NCBI GenBank assembly: GCA_964016885.1
Contig: OZ024757.1
Coordinates: 8,246,001 to 8,310,000, forward strand
Reading direction: 5' to 3'
DNA: 64,000 bases
Source: Eledone cirrhosa
Lineage: Eukaryota
Position 1 is the stretch's first letter, and each line of letters opens with the position of its first letter. Below the pieces are notes generated by a model that saw only the letters and a list, made by a program, of their open reading frames with translations, searched no databases and was not told the DNA's origin. Of the stretch, positions 24,877 through 36,034 are shown piece after piece. The position numbers and the translations under genes are program-made.

Positions 24877-25660
24877 ATAATAGGGTTAAAGTATCGTAGA
24901 AGAGGATGAAGCGGAGAGATACAAAGAATGAAAGCAGAGAGATACAATTAACCTACTGCCTGAACCCGAATAACATCATTGATTAATTAAACTTATGAAC
25001 ATACAACTTGAACCTGAATAGCATCATACCTCCACAGCCTTCTACATCACACCCTACTACAGCCCCCCTGCATTAGGTATACCAGTGTGCAAGGTATGAT
25101 GTCACTATCAACCGTCTGTTCGTTTCCCACCAAAACACTGCATGATACCTACTAGGTCAGACCCACCCTGCTAATGTTAAAAAAAATGTTAAAAATTTCC
25201 CATAGCTGGGGTTGGCCAGAACTAACTGAGTGACATCCAGCCAGGCACCGGGTAATTACCTCCCTTAGCGAGTTATGTCCCTTTCACCGACGCCATTGTG
25301 TTTACTATTTTCGAACAGAATGCAGGAATATGTGAAGTTGTGATAATTTCTCAACGGTAATTATACTTACAGACCTAACTATTGGAATATCTGCTTCCGA
25401 TGAGCCCGTCTGTGCGAAACACGTGTATGAGCTATATAAAGAAATGTTTTAACGGCTTGTAACACTTTCACTGACTCATTCATTTGCTTATTCCCGCTCT
25501 GCTTAAACCATACGCTAAATATTAACCTCCTCTAATATTTAACCCTGCTAACCCAAGTATCGAGCACGCTACGCTTCGGCTATTGGCATTTAGTATTCTG
25601 TATCGTACCTCTTTGTATCTCTCTGCTTCATCCTCTCCTACGATACTTTAACCTTATTAT
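24877..25660. repeat. ~50-bp inverted repeat pair (24877-24927 and 25610-25660) enclosing ~680 bp; MITE-like or inverted Penelope pseudo-LTR
   Basis: ATAATAGGGTTAAAGTATCGTAGAAGAGGATGAAGCGGAGAGATACAAAGA is the reverse complement, with a few mismatches, of TCTTTGTATCTCTCTGCTTCATCCTCTCCTACGATACTTTAACCTTATTAT. Confidence 0.75.
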
Positions 25661-25759
25661 TATCGTTCTCCAATCAGTAGATCTCAACACGCTACTTGCC
25701 ATTATGTAGGAGAAACAACCGTTACCGATGTCTCTCAAGTCAATAGCGTTACCAAGCAG

Positions 25760-27110
25760 AAAAAACTTATCTCAAACAACTCATCGCCGCGACTAATTCG
25801 TTTATACGCAGAGTCAGATGGAAGACCTACCATATGGACAAGGATACAGATAAACAACCGGCACTTAAAGAAAGGTATGGATTTAAGGCCTACAGGAACC
25901 CACCGCACAACAAACTGTTGGACGCCTTTGCCGAAGACCTGCTCAATATGATCAAGAATGTCAAGTTTAAGAATAGACGCAAGTATACTAATGCTTTCCT
26001 GACTTCTCTGGACCCCCTAATCACTAAAATCAAGAACAATAAGCACCTTTTTGTAGCCTCTGATAAAACCAAGAACCTGTATAAGTTGGATGTAAGTAGA
26101 TATAGACAATTCATCTCAAATAAGCTCAGCAAAAATTACAAAAAATCACCAAGAAGCACATTAAACGACATAAATAGATTAGGTAAGAATATTGTAACTG
26201 GCTTAGATATAGATAAATACACAGACTCTTAAGGATCATAAATGTAATTTTAAAAGACCTTCAGTTAGATTAATATGCCCCTCCACTTCGGATATAGGTA
26301 GAATTAGCAAAGTGATCATTGATAGGATAATACTCGTACTAAATAGTAAGGCCAAGGTCCGTCTTTGGAACAATACTGACCAGGTCATCAAATGGTTCAC
26401 AGATATACCTGATAAGGTCTCTTTAAAATTTATTCAGTTCGACATAGATAATTACTACGCCTCTATCTCCCCTATACTCCTAAATAAGGCCATCATCTTA
26501 GCTAGATCTAACACTAGTTTAACTAAAAAAAGAAATAGACATAATGCTTGCAGCGAGACGAACTATCATTCACTTCGAAGGCTCTTACTGGACCCGAGCC
26601 AACCGTCCTGAAAATTTTGATATCACGATGGGGGTCAAGCGACTCGGCGCAGGTAACCGACCTGGCTGGAATATATCCCCTACACAAGCTCAGAGACGAG
26701 ACCCCTGTACTACAAAGAGGTATATATAGGGACGACGCCTTATTTACTGTAAGGAATCACAGACCCCGTAGGATAGAAAACCTCAATAAGCATATACGTA
26801 AGTTCTTTAAAACGTACGGCCTCTCAGTTACAATTTACCACAACCATAAAATAGTTAACTTCCTGGATGTAACGTTAGAATAAGATACTGGCTCATACAG
26901 ACCATACCACAAGCCAGATGAGGTCCTGTCTTACATCAACAAAGCATCTAATCACCCCAAATCTACACTTAACTCTATAGTGAGTAGCATCTCACATAGA
27001 ATCTCGAGGCTGTCGGCCAACAAGGACCACTTTGACCAAACTGCCGACTACTACAACAAAGCGCTGGCTGAATGAGGTTATAGCAACAGGATTTCGTATA
27101 TCTATGACGC
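25760..27110 (+). mobile_element. Penelope-like element reverse transcriptase, degenerate
   Basis: Motifs typical of PLE RTs across several frames: YGFK..PP..AFAEDLLNMIKNVKF, FVASDKTKNLYKL, FIQFDIDNYYASI, FDITMG.SDSAQVTDL, GIYRDDAL, VNFLDVTL and YRPYHKP..YINKASNHP. Confidence 0.82.
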
Positions 27111-27541
27111 AGGCTCTACTAGGGCCCCCTTCCCATAGGACCAGTGTAATAGCGTGCCGCACCAATAACCACCGTGGCAGTGGGATTGTTAAAGGGAAAC
27201 ATACAGGTCGAACTAGTAATGCGGCTAGCTTTGGCCAGCATCATAACAACAAGGGCGGTAGGCCAGGGAGACCCCCACACCCGTACCAATTTCGTTCGGT
27301 CAATAGAATTAACAGCAACCTACTAGAAAAATTCCCCGCATACAGACTTAATAATGGTGACGGTATCTCACCAACACCTACCGGCAAGCATAGGGTAACC
27401 CAGTGCGGTCCAGCAGGGGGTAGGTTAGCACATGGGGCTAAGATGCGCAGAGCACACAATAGGCAGCAGCCCAATAACCTTGGTAGAAACACCACCAGGG
27501 CTTATCCGTCCGCACCAACCCAAATATGAATATATAAATAA

Positions 27542-27546
<5 letters not shown>

Positions 27547-27632
<86 letters not shown>
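27547..27632. repeat. (TA)n microsatellite at the 3' end of Tx1-like copy 3
   Basis: Read directly from the sequence. Confidence 0.97.
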
Positions 27633-27635
<3 letters not shown>

Positions 27636-27639
27636 ATAG

Positions 27640-30620
27640 ATAGATATATTTCTTTATTAGCCACAAGGGCGCACAAGGAAAGGAGACACAACTAAGACAT
27701 GTCGGGGATTTTACATACAATCGTCTAAAAATATAAAACAAACAAATATAACAATCGAAATCCCTAATAAGGGGGAGGCGCCACAAATGGGTTGTTTGAT
27801 ACCCCGTAGATTGAAAAACCCTCAACTTCATGAGCGTGTTGTGAAAGTGGTCCTTTCTTCCTTTTGCTCTCTTCTTCAACCTACAGGTTTATATGCAGAG
27901 AAAGCCCAATCTCTCGGGCCATTTTTGCCATATTCACCTACCTTTCAGTAAAGTTACTGGGGTGCAGTGCTTCTCTCTCCACTCTGATTCTCCTTCTAAA
28001 GTGGTACCTAAAGAAGGGAATGAGTTGTTTTCCGGAGAGAAAGGCATCTGTCCTCAGTCCTCTAAATCTCGTCCACCATATAACCTCTTTCACCATAGCC
28101 ACTATACAGAGGAAAACCTTCTCTCTTTCGTTTTTGAAAGAAATTGGGGGTTTGATCCTTACTATGGACTCGGCAGTCAACTGGATTTGTCCCATACGCG
28201 ACTGCAGTTGTTCTGCGTAGTTCCACAGGTCGGTTACGCCCGGGCAGTGTACAATTGCGTGCAAGACAGTTTCAATGTCCTGCCCGCATCTTGGACACGT
28301 CCTCTTTGAAGGATCCCTGCCTGGGCGTCCGTGCCTGTAGATCTTGTCACGAACTAGTAGAGCTCCTCGGTAGCACTGCCAGGCCAGGGACATCTGGAAG
28401 TTGTCTATAGGTCCCGAGCAGAAAGTCCTACGAAACAGACTGGTGAGTTCGTCGTCTTCCTTCGACGCCCAGAGTCTCTCCGAGCACGTCGTCGCCCTTG
28501 TGACGTACTAACCCTATATAGAATGTCGAAGTGGAGTCTCCACTGGTTGCCGTGCCCGCTTGAAAGAGGACTGTAAGCACCTGAGCGCATTCAATGTGCC
28601 AGGCGCCCATCTTCTTCCGTCTCCGTTTGACCCAGGACTGCAGCTCCGTCAGCGAGACAAGTTGCAGAAAGGCCTGTCTCACAAACGGTGCCTACACTGG
28701 TTGGGGGTCGGTGAGGAATACCTATAGATGTCGTAGCCTCAGCGCATGAAGGGTGCTGACAGTAGACGGATCTCCTCACCAGTGGAGTCTGCTTCTTCCA
28801 AAGAAACTAGAAGAGCATGCGTTCTATCTTGGTGAGATCTTCACGGGGACAAGGCACTACGATCAAGCGGTAGTAGATGACGGAAGCTATGAAAGTGTTC
28901 GCCACCTCCGCTCGACCTTTCAAGGATAGTTTGCACTCTTCCCACTTCTGGGTGAGCGCAAATAACTTGGCCGTGACCCCGTTCCAGTTTTTCTTCCCCT
29001 GGAGGTCCGGACCGAACTATACCCCGAGCAATTTCACCGGTCCGTGCGTCCAGCGTCCGACGACGCTATCGGACGGCATATGTTTGCCTCTCCACGTTCC
29101 GAGTTGCAAACAGACAGACTTGTTCGGGTTCAATTTTGCTCCTGTGAGCCTTTCGTATTCCTGCAGTAAGTTACCGATCACCCCGATTTGCGAGGTTTCC
29201 GACACCATTACTTTCACGTCGTCGGCATAAGCCGACGTTGCTTACCGCAGTCCTAGTTCCAACGGGATGCCCTACAGCAGCTCCAACTTCCGCAGTAGTG
29301 GCTCTAGAGTCTGTACGTACAGAATGGAGGAGAGAGGGCATCCCTGTTGGATGGAACGCGTGATTGCGAACGGCTCCGATAGGTAGCCGTTCGCCTTGAC
29401 CATCGAGAAGATGTTGGTGTGCATTGCGGCGATCCAGCCTCTGAAGACAGGTGAAACCGGCCGCCTTGAGAACCGCTTCCAACTATCGATGGTCGTCTCT
29501 ATCGAACGCCTTAGACTGATCTAAATAGATCAGAGCCCCATCGAATCCGAGTTTAGACCCCACCCTCTCTATGATGTATCGCATGAGGTGGAGGTTGTCG
29601 TGTATGGACCTGGTCGGGATTGCACACGTTTGCGCTTCCCCTACTAGGTTCTCAACGACAAGCGCCAGCCTCGTTGCCAACACCTTGGTCAAAATCTTTA
29701 ACTCTGTGTTGAGAAGAGTTATGGGCCTAAAGTTGCTTAGTTCGTCCCCCTTGTTCTCGTCTTTCCTGATCAGCGTTACTACGCCCCTGCCTGCAGAATT
29801 GGTATTCTCCCGTTCTGCTGCCAGTTGCAGTAGACGGCCTCAAGGAAGCCAGAGAACAAGACCGGCATGCCTATATAAAACTCATAGGGTAGACCATCTA
29901 GACCGGGTGATTTGCGTTTCCCAGAGTGGCCCGTATCTCAGTGGCTGTGATCGGTCTTTCGGAGAACTCGGCGTCCATGCTCGAGAGACGCGGCAGGCCG
30001 TCGAGGTATGAACCGAAGTCTATTGCCCCGTTCGATGCACCACCACTCTGCTCGAACAGTTGCGCAAAGTGCCACTGAAAAGCCGCACACATCCGCTTGG
30101 GGTCAAGTAGCACGCGTCCGTTTTGGTCTTTCAAAGACAGAATCGTGGACTTGGTGCCACTTTTCGCCTCTGTCACTCGGGCCCAGCTAACAGCTTTTGC
30201 TCCCTCGTTTTCTAGAGCACGTGATTTACTTCTGACCACTCAGCCTTCTTGTTTTGCGTCGAAGAACTGGTCCAGTGCCGTTCTCGTTGCTAGCACTCTA
30301 ACTACGTTGCCACTCCTAAGCGCTTCCTCTACCTTGACTACTAGTTCCGTTTCTGTTTTATTTATTTCTAAGGCTAACTCTCTGCTAAAGTCTATCGACT
30401 CTACTCTAATTCCTTTCTTGAGGGAGTACCACCATCAATTGTTGACGATGGCTCCCGTCAATTGTTGCTTAACTAATCTACTTATCAGTTCACTGTAGGC
30501 TTTATGTGTCGGTAGCGACACGTTCAGCTTCCAGTATCCGGGTCCTTGTCTATGTATTCGATCATGGTTGACTATGCAGATGACTAGTTTGTGGTCTGAA
30601 TAGGCAACCATTTGCATTTG
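27640..30620 (-). mobile_element. Tx1/L1-clade element, divergent subfamily, 5'-truncated and degenerate (copy 3)
   Basis: Minus-strand fragments homologous to ORF2 of copies 1 and 2: YSDHKLV..GPGYWKLN, QTCAIPTRSIHDNLHLMRY, LDQSKAFDR, LQLGTWRG, SLAWQCYRGAL..CPRC..ETVLH..C. It shares the 3' terminus CCCTTGTGGYTAATAAAGAAA. Confidence 0.87.
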
Positions 30621-30624
30621 TGGA

Positions 30625-32600
30625 CAAACATTTGCATTTGCTTAACATCTCCGGAGGATGGTAAGTGAGATGCGCCTATTGTGGTGAATAGGGAGGTAGC
30701 CCTAGGGCCAAGAACACCAGAAGTCTCACCTGCCAAAGGCACGACCACGAACCTATCGGAGAGCGACCGGTACTTGGAGAGTTTGGCCTCCTCAGCCCGA
30801 CGTGCAGCAGTACCTGGGTTAGTGACTGGAGAAAGTATCGCTGCAAGTGGCATCTCAGACGAGGGGTTTGCCACCGCGAAACGGGAAGATAGTCATTCAA
30901 TATGGCCTTTTGCCATCCCCTCAGCTCCACCGGTTCGAGCTTGGGAGGAGTAGCCTGCATCGTCCAAGCCATGCTTTATGAACTCGTTGACGACAGCATG
31001 GCGTGGAAGGCGGCCGGCACTGTGGCGACAGGAAAGCGGATGGAGGCCGAAAGAGTCTACGGTGGATGTACAGCGACATTTATGTGGCTCGCAGATTCGG
31101 AGTCCAAGCCTCAAGGAAACGCCGATGCGCAGGCTATCGTTATCCAGCTGCGTGCCAGTTGAGAAGGAGGACAGGGAAAGGAGCCAGGCACCTCGTGCGA
31201 AAACAAGCAAGGCGGTTCTGGTCGAGCTGGCGCGTGAGCCTGTCTGAGGCCAGATTGCACTGGATGGCATCCCATATGATTTGGGGGGACTTGATGGAGC
31301 GCTGCGAAGAGTGTAGAGGAGCTTCGGCATGGCGAAGCAGTTCCTCAACGGGAAGAGAGCTGGGTGGCTGTCGATCAAGCCCAGTCGACTCGTGAGGGTC
31401 TGGAGTTGTTGGAGCCTAGACCTGGTGGTGGATAGGATGGCCGGTGGGTGAATCGGTGACCCGAGAATGAGGACATCCTCTTTGGGGGGTCACCTGTACC
31501 TGGTGGAGAATGGAGAGGGTGGCTGCAAAGCTCTCAGCATCATGGGTGACATCACCAACTCCGACTTGGACAAGTTGACCTGGAGGCCGATTCGCGCCAG
31601 GGAGGAACCACCGATTGAAGGTCATGGCAGACAGTCTCCACGGGCCCGCCCAGCATAGCATCATCCAGGAACCAAATGTTGAGAGGGGCCGTGATACTCC
31701 GAGCAATGTGGTCTATACCAAGGGCAAACAGGAGGGGGCCCAAAGGGTCGCCCTGTTGGACCCCAGTGGCCGAAGGTATGACCGTATCAGCAGCAAGGAG
31801 CATGCTCAGGGTGCTTGAGTCGCAGGGCAGCCAGGACCTCTTTTGTGGGATGGAGGACAGTGTCCTCTGAGGAAACCACTCTGACTGCAGCCGAGCCATC
31901 ACCCATGATAAATGTAGCGTTTACGCTCTCACGCAAACGCTTGACGCTGGCCTCGGGGGTGGAGGATTGGAGTCACCCAAGAGCAGGGGTTGTGGAGTCC
32001 TTTGGCACGTTTGAATGGGCGCTTGCCCAAAGGACGAAACATTGGCCTTGACAAAGGCTGCTGTCGACAGGCCGCCTCGGTCAGCGCCAGAGCTGAGGAG
32101 ACCGAGGGTGAGTGGGGCGAAATAGAAGATGCGCTCCCAGTCCCTGGCTCTATTGGAGTCTAGAGCACTCTCGATCGAGGAAGCGAGGGCATCGGCTACC
32201 GGCACTCAAGCCGCTCTCGGATGTTCACCAGCGAGGCTTGGACATCAGACAAGCTCGCTGTCTCATCTGGTGGAGTACCAGACGTCCGTGGCTGGGCAGA
32301 CGAAGGGAAGAGACAGATTCTGCATCTCCACGCTGCGAGGGCACTGTAAGCTCGACGCGTCAAGCCAACACAGGTGAGGTGGTGGAAGCAGTCGCACCCC
32401 GAACAGTTCCGGCCCCTCTTCCGTTTGTTCGTGGTGCTGCAAGTACTGCAGATGTCGACTGTTGGGGATGGAGGATGGGGCATGGAGCCGGGGACTGGGA
32501 CACCAAGCGGCATCAGGGGTGAGTGGCTGCACATGGGTAGAAGGGAAAGTGTTGGTATGACTGAGACCTCATAGCTCACCTACACCAGATATGGAGGCGA
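30625..32600 (-). mobile_element. CRE-clade-like RLE non-LTR retrotransposon with an N-terminal PHD-like finger, heavily deleted
   Basis: PHD-like CSTC..CSGCDCFHHLTCVG..WRCRIC; GVQQGDPLGPLLFALGI; WFLDD; LRNCFAMPKLLYTLRSAP; GAWL..LDNDSLRIGVSLRLGL..CRC..GLHPLSC..RH..VN; AARRAEEAKLSKY..PLAGETSG. These match the CRE-type RT, zinc knuckle and RLE C-terminus. Confidence 0.78.
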
Positions 32601-32667
32601 AGGAAGACAAGATGAAAGAGAAGGCGGTGAAATTAATTTGGAAGAAAACTACATAAGATTTTTTTCT

Positions 32668-32891
32668 CCAGCACCATCACCACCACCACCTCCACCATCA
32701 CCACCACCACCACCACCACCAGCACCACCAGCACCACCACAACCATCACCACCAGCACCACCACCACCAGCACCACCACCACCAGCACCACCACCACCAG
32801 CACCACCACCACCAGCACCACCACCACCAGCACCACCACCACCAGCACCACCACCACCAGCACCACCACAACCATCACCACCACCACCATC

Positions 32892-32922
<31 letters not shown>

Positions 32923-33340
32923 CCACCACCAGCAGCACCACCACCACCACAACCATCACCACCACAACCATCACCAGCACCACCACCACCAGCACCAGCG
33001 CCACCACCACCACCAGCACCACCACCCCCAACACCACCACCTCCAACACCACCACCATTACCACCACCACCATTACCACCACCACCAGCACCACCACCTC
33101 CAACACCACCACCATTACCACCACCACCACCACCACCACCATTACCACCACCACCAGCACCACCACCTCCAACACCACCACCATTACCACCACCACCACC
33201 ACAACCATCACCAGCAAAACCATCACCAGCACCACCACCACCATCACCACCACCACCACAACCATCACCAGCACAACCAGCACCAGCACCACCACCTCCA
33301 ACACCACCACCATCACCAGCACCACCACCACCACCATCAT
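32668..33340. repeat. Degenerate (CCA)n trinucleotide tract
   Basis: Mix of CCA/GCA/TCA/ACA triplets over ~670 bp, which produces the poly-Pro and poly-Val pseudo-ORFs. Confidence 0.93.
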
Positions 33341-33399
33341 TCGAATCCAGGACGTTAAATTATTTGAATGTATTTTCACGGATTTCTCGATTTGCTATA

Positions 33400-33425
33400 T
33401 GACGTCATTTGCTATTATGACGTCA
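33400..33425. promoter_or_regulatory. Two perfect cAMP-response elements (TGACGTCA at 33400-33407 and 33418-33425)
   Basis: A tandem duplication, TTTGCTAT(T)ATGACGTCA x2, lying ~570-590 bp upstream of the ATG at 33991. The motifs are seen directly; function is inferred. Confidence 0.45.
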
Positions 33426-33426
33426 T

Positions 33427-33429
33427 GTG

Positions 33430-33505
<76 letters not shown>

Positions 33506-33527
33506 GAGGCAAATATATATATATATC

Positions 33528-33562
<35 letters not shown>

Positions 33563-33730
33563 CTATCTGTATGTATGGGTGTGTTTATGCATGTATACAT
33601 GTATGTGCATGTATATATATATATAAATGTGAGTGTGTGTATATATATATGTGTGTATGTATGTATGTGTGTATGTATATATGTGTGTATGTATGTATTT
33701 GTGTATGTATATATATATATGTATGTATAC
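33427..33730. repeat. Compound (TA)n/(CA)n/(TG)n/(TATG)n microsatellite
   Basis: Read directly from the sequence. Confidence 0.95.
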
Positions 33731-33990
33731 CTATAGATTCATACTATATCAATATTTTCCGCCATTAGTGAAATATTTTCTCGAAAGTGTACAAGTGTAT
33801 TTTGTATTTTATACAAATTATTCTTCTGTATAACAATCCAGAAATTTATTACTGCTGATAATTGATCTACATTGTCTGATTGTTTGTTTGATTGATTGAG
33901 TGTTTGATAACTGATCTCATTTGTTTTTGTGTTTATCTGTTTGTTTGTTTTGTTTTTATCTTTTTGTTTCTTTATTAATTTTTTTTGATA

Positions 33991-34216
33991 ATGTCGGAGC
34001 CAAAAAAGCGCCGCGGCTTTCTCCGAAGATGTGCTGAAAGGGCCCGACGGCTTGCTGAGTCCGTCTGCCCGTGCTATCGTGACAAACGTCGCCGACGACG
34101 ACAAAAGAAGCAGGAACAATATAATATAACACCTATCGATCCTGCACCTCAGACTGTGGAGTTTCCAACAGCCACAGCGAATGTTAATGAATCGCACACA
34201 ATCGATATGCAGCCTG
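33991..34216 (+). CDS. Putative first coding exon of an uncharacterised repeat-protein gene (75 aa, Arg/Lys/Cys-rich N-terminus; phase-1 donor)
   Basis: A GC-richer island in AT-rich DNA running ATG..CCT G|GTAAGT; 226 nt = 75 codons + 1. It encodes MSEPKKRRGFLRRCAERARRLAESVCPCYRDKRRRRRQKKQEQYNITPIDPAPQTVEFPTATANVNESHTIDMQP. The phase matches the downstream 66-nt exons. Confidence 0.68.
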
Positions 34217-34225
34217 GTAAGTTAT

Positions 34226-34435
34226 AATTCTTTCTACACAAAGCCAGCAATTTGAAGGGAAAGTCGATTAAATCTACCCTAGTGTATTACTAGTAGTTTA
34301 TGTTATTGACCCCGTACATGTTACTGGCAAAGCTAATCTCGGTAAGTTTTGAACTCAGAACGTAAAATGCTGTAACTATATGCCACAAAGCATGCTGTCC
34401 GACACTCTACCAATACTGCCAATCCATCGCCCTTA
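34226..34435 (-). mobile_element. tRNA-derived SINE (cephalopod-type) in putative intron 1
   Basis: The minus strand reads TTGGCAGTATTGGTAGAG (A box) .. CTGAGTTCAAA (B box); similar to the copy at 39946-40125. Confidence 0.7.
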
Positions 34436-35299
34436 AAGTACGTTATAATAAACCCAGTTTGTTAAATTGTAAATAACACACTAGGATATAATTTTATTTC
34501 TCCAAAATATAAGTACACAACTTCTAAACAACTTGTCTGTTTTACGCCGCCCCACAGAACAGAAGACTAGCAATATTAGCTGTATAAGCCAATGTATCTC
34601 TCCGGACTTATTTCTCAGGCATGATACCCTTCCTCTCAACGGAGGGAAATGCTAGTCGCAGAAGTGCGAAGAGATTGTAAAAAAAATCTTGTTAATTTAT
34701 CCATTTTCTGTTCCTCTTCTGCCTTGTGAGTGGCTGTATTTTGATCATTGGCTGAAGTGACAATTTTAGCGCTGGAGTATGTCACAAAACATGGAATCAT
34801 TTCCCTCGTTGAATGATAAAAGGAGTTACACCTCCGCGACACTAAGTATCACCGTGGTTAAGACCAACCAGTTCCAGTTATGCCTAAAAAACAGCAAAAT
34901 TGTCACTCTTTAAATAACATCATTCAATGTGATGTGGTGAGGGAAACGTCCCACATAGTGAAAAAAGAAGGGGATGAAGTTTGAACTCAAGGACAGTAAC
35001 TCTATATCAGTGCTTATGTGGCCCACACTTGAATAAATAATATAATCTCCCCTTTACTTTTTCTCCCTCTTTCAACACACATATATATATATACGATATT
35101 TTTTGTCGGATCGCCAGTAAGAAGAGCAGATCGATAATGGAGTCGGATCCATAACTTCTATGGGTTACCCTGAGCCAATCCGCTACGAAACGCGCGTAGC
35201 AGGTTGGTACACAATACAAAAACTAAATACATGCCACGAATCTTCATCGTTTTTATTAATATATATATATATATATGGAACTTGTCCCATGTATAGGAG

Positions 35300-35845
35300 C
35301 AATTTTGGAACAGAATAGAAAGGATTAGGAATAAGTAATGTTCGTCAATACAATCCCTAGAGGCGAACTGGCTTACAGATTTAGAAGGGCCCTAGATAAG
35401 CTCAAATCAAATATTAAGGTAGTTGAAAGACCAGGTATTCCATAAAAACCCTAATTAGCAAAACACACCCATTTCAAAGAACCCCCTGTGCTGATAGGAA
35501 ATGCAAAGTCTGCAAGCTAAGCCCGCAAACCAACTGCAACAATTAGGAACGTAGTATATAGCATAAGATGTACTGACGGACAGTGTAGGAATAAGAATAT
35601 AACATACATAGGTGAAACACTCCGTAGCATAGGAGCAAGTGAATACTGGCGAGAACTCCAGGATGGGAAAAACTCATCAGTACTCCACCAACATGCCAAA
35701 ATAGAACATTGGGGCACATTAGAGAACAGAGATTAAAAATGATATGCACGCACAGAAAAGATGCAATGCTCAGGCAAATCACAGGGGCGACGAATATAAA
35801 CGAACTCCACCCAAAATTAAACAGAAAACATGAGTGGAATAGCAA
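35300..35845 (+). mobile_element. Penelope-like GIY-YIG endonuclease remnant (Neptune-type Cys motif upstream)
   Basis: Translates across frames as IKVVERPG..PF..PCADRKCKVC..NVVYSIRC..C..YIGETLRS..SSVLHQH..H..RQI..LNRKHEW. Confidence 0.72.
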
Positions 35846-35994
35846 CATCACAACTAGTAATTAAGGACAAAATGAAGACATAAAGACACACACAAAAAAA
35901 CAAACTAACAAAACAAACACACACAGATAGAACAAACAACCAACTAGTGACAAATAAATAAACATAAATAATAAATAAACACACACACACACAA

Positions 35995-36034
<40 letters not shown>

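Noticed and set aside
32633-33402. 254-aa poly-Pro ORF (extensin/formin-like) and the opposite-strand poly-Val ORF
   Set aside because: Both arise from a degenerate (CCA)n microsatellite that lacks stops by composition. The Pro ORF has no ATG start and no convincing splice sites.
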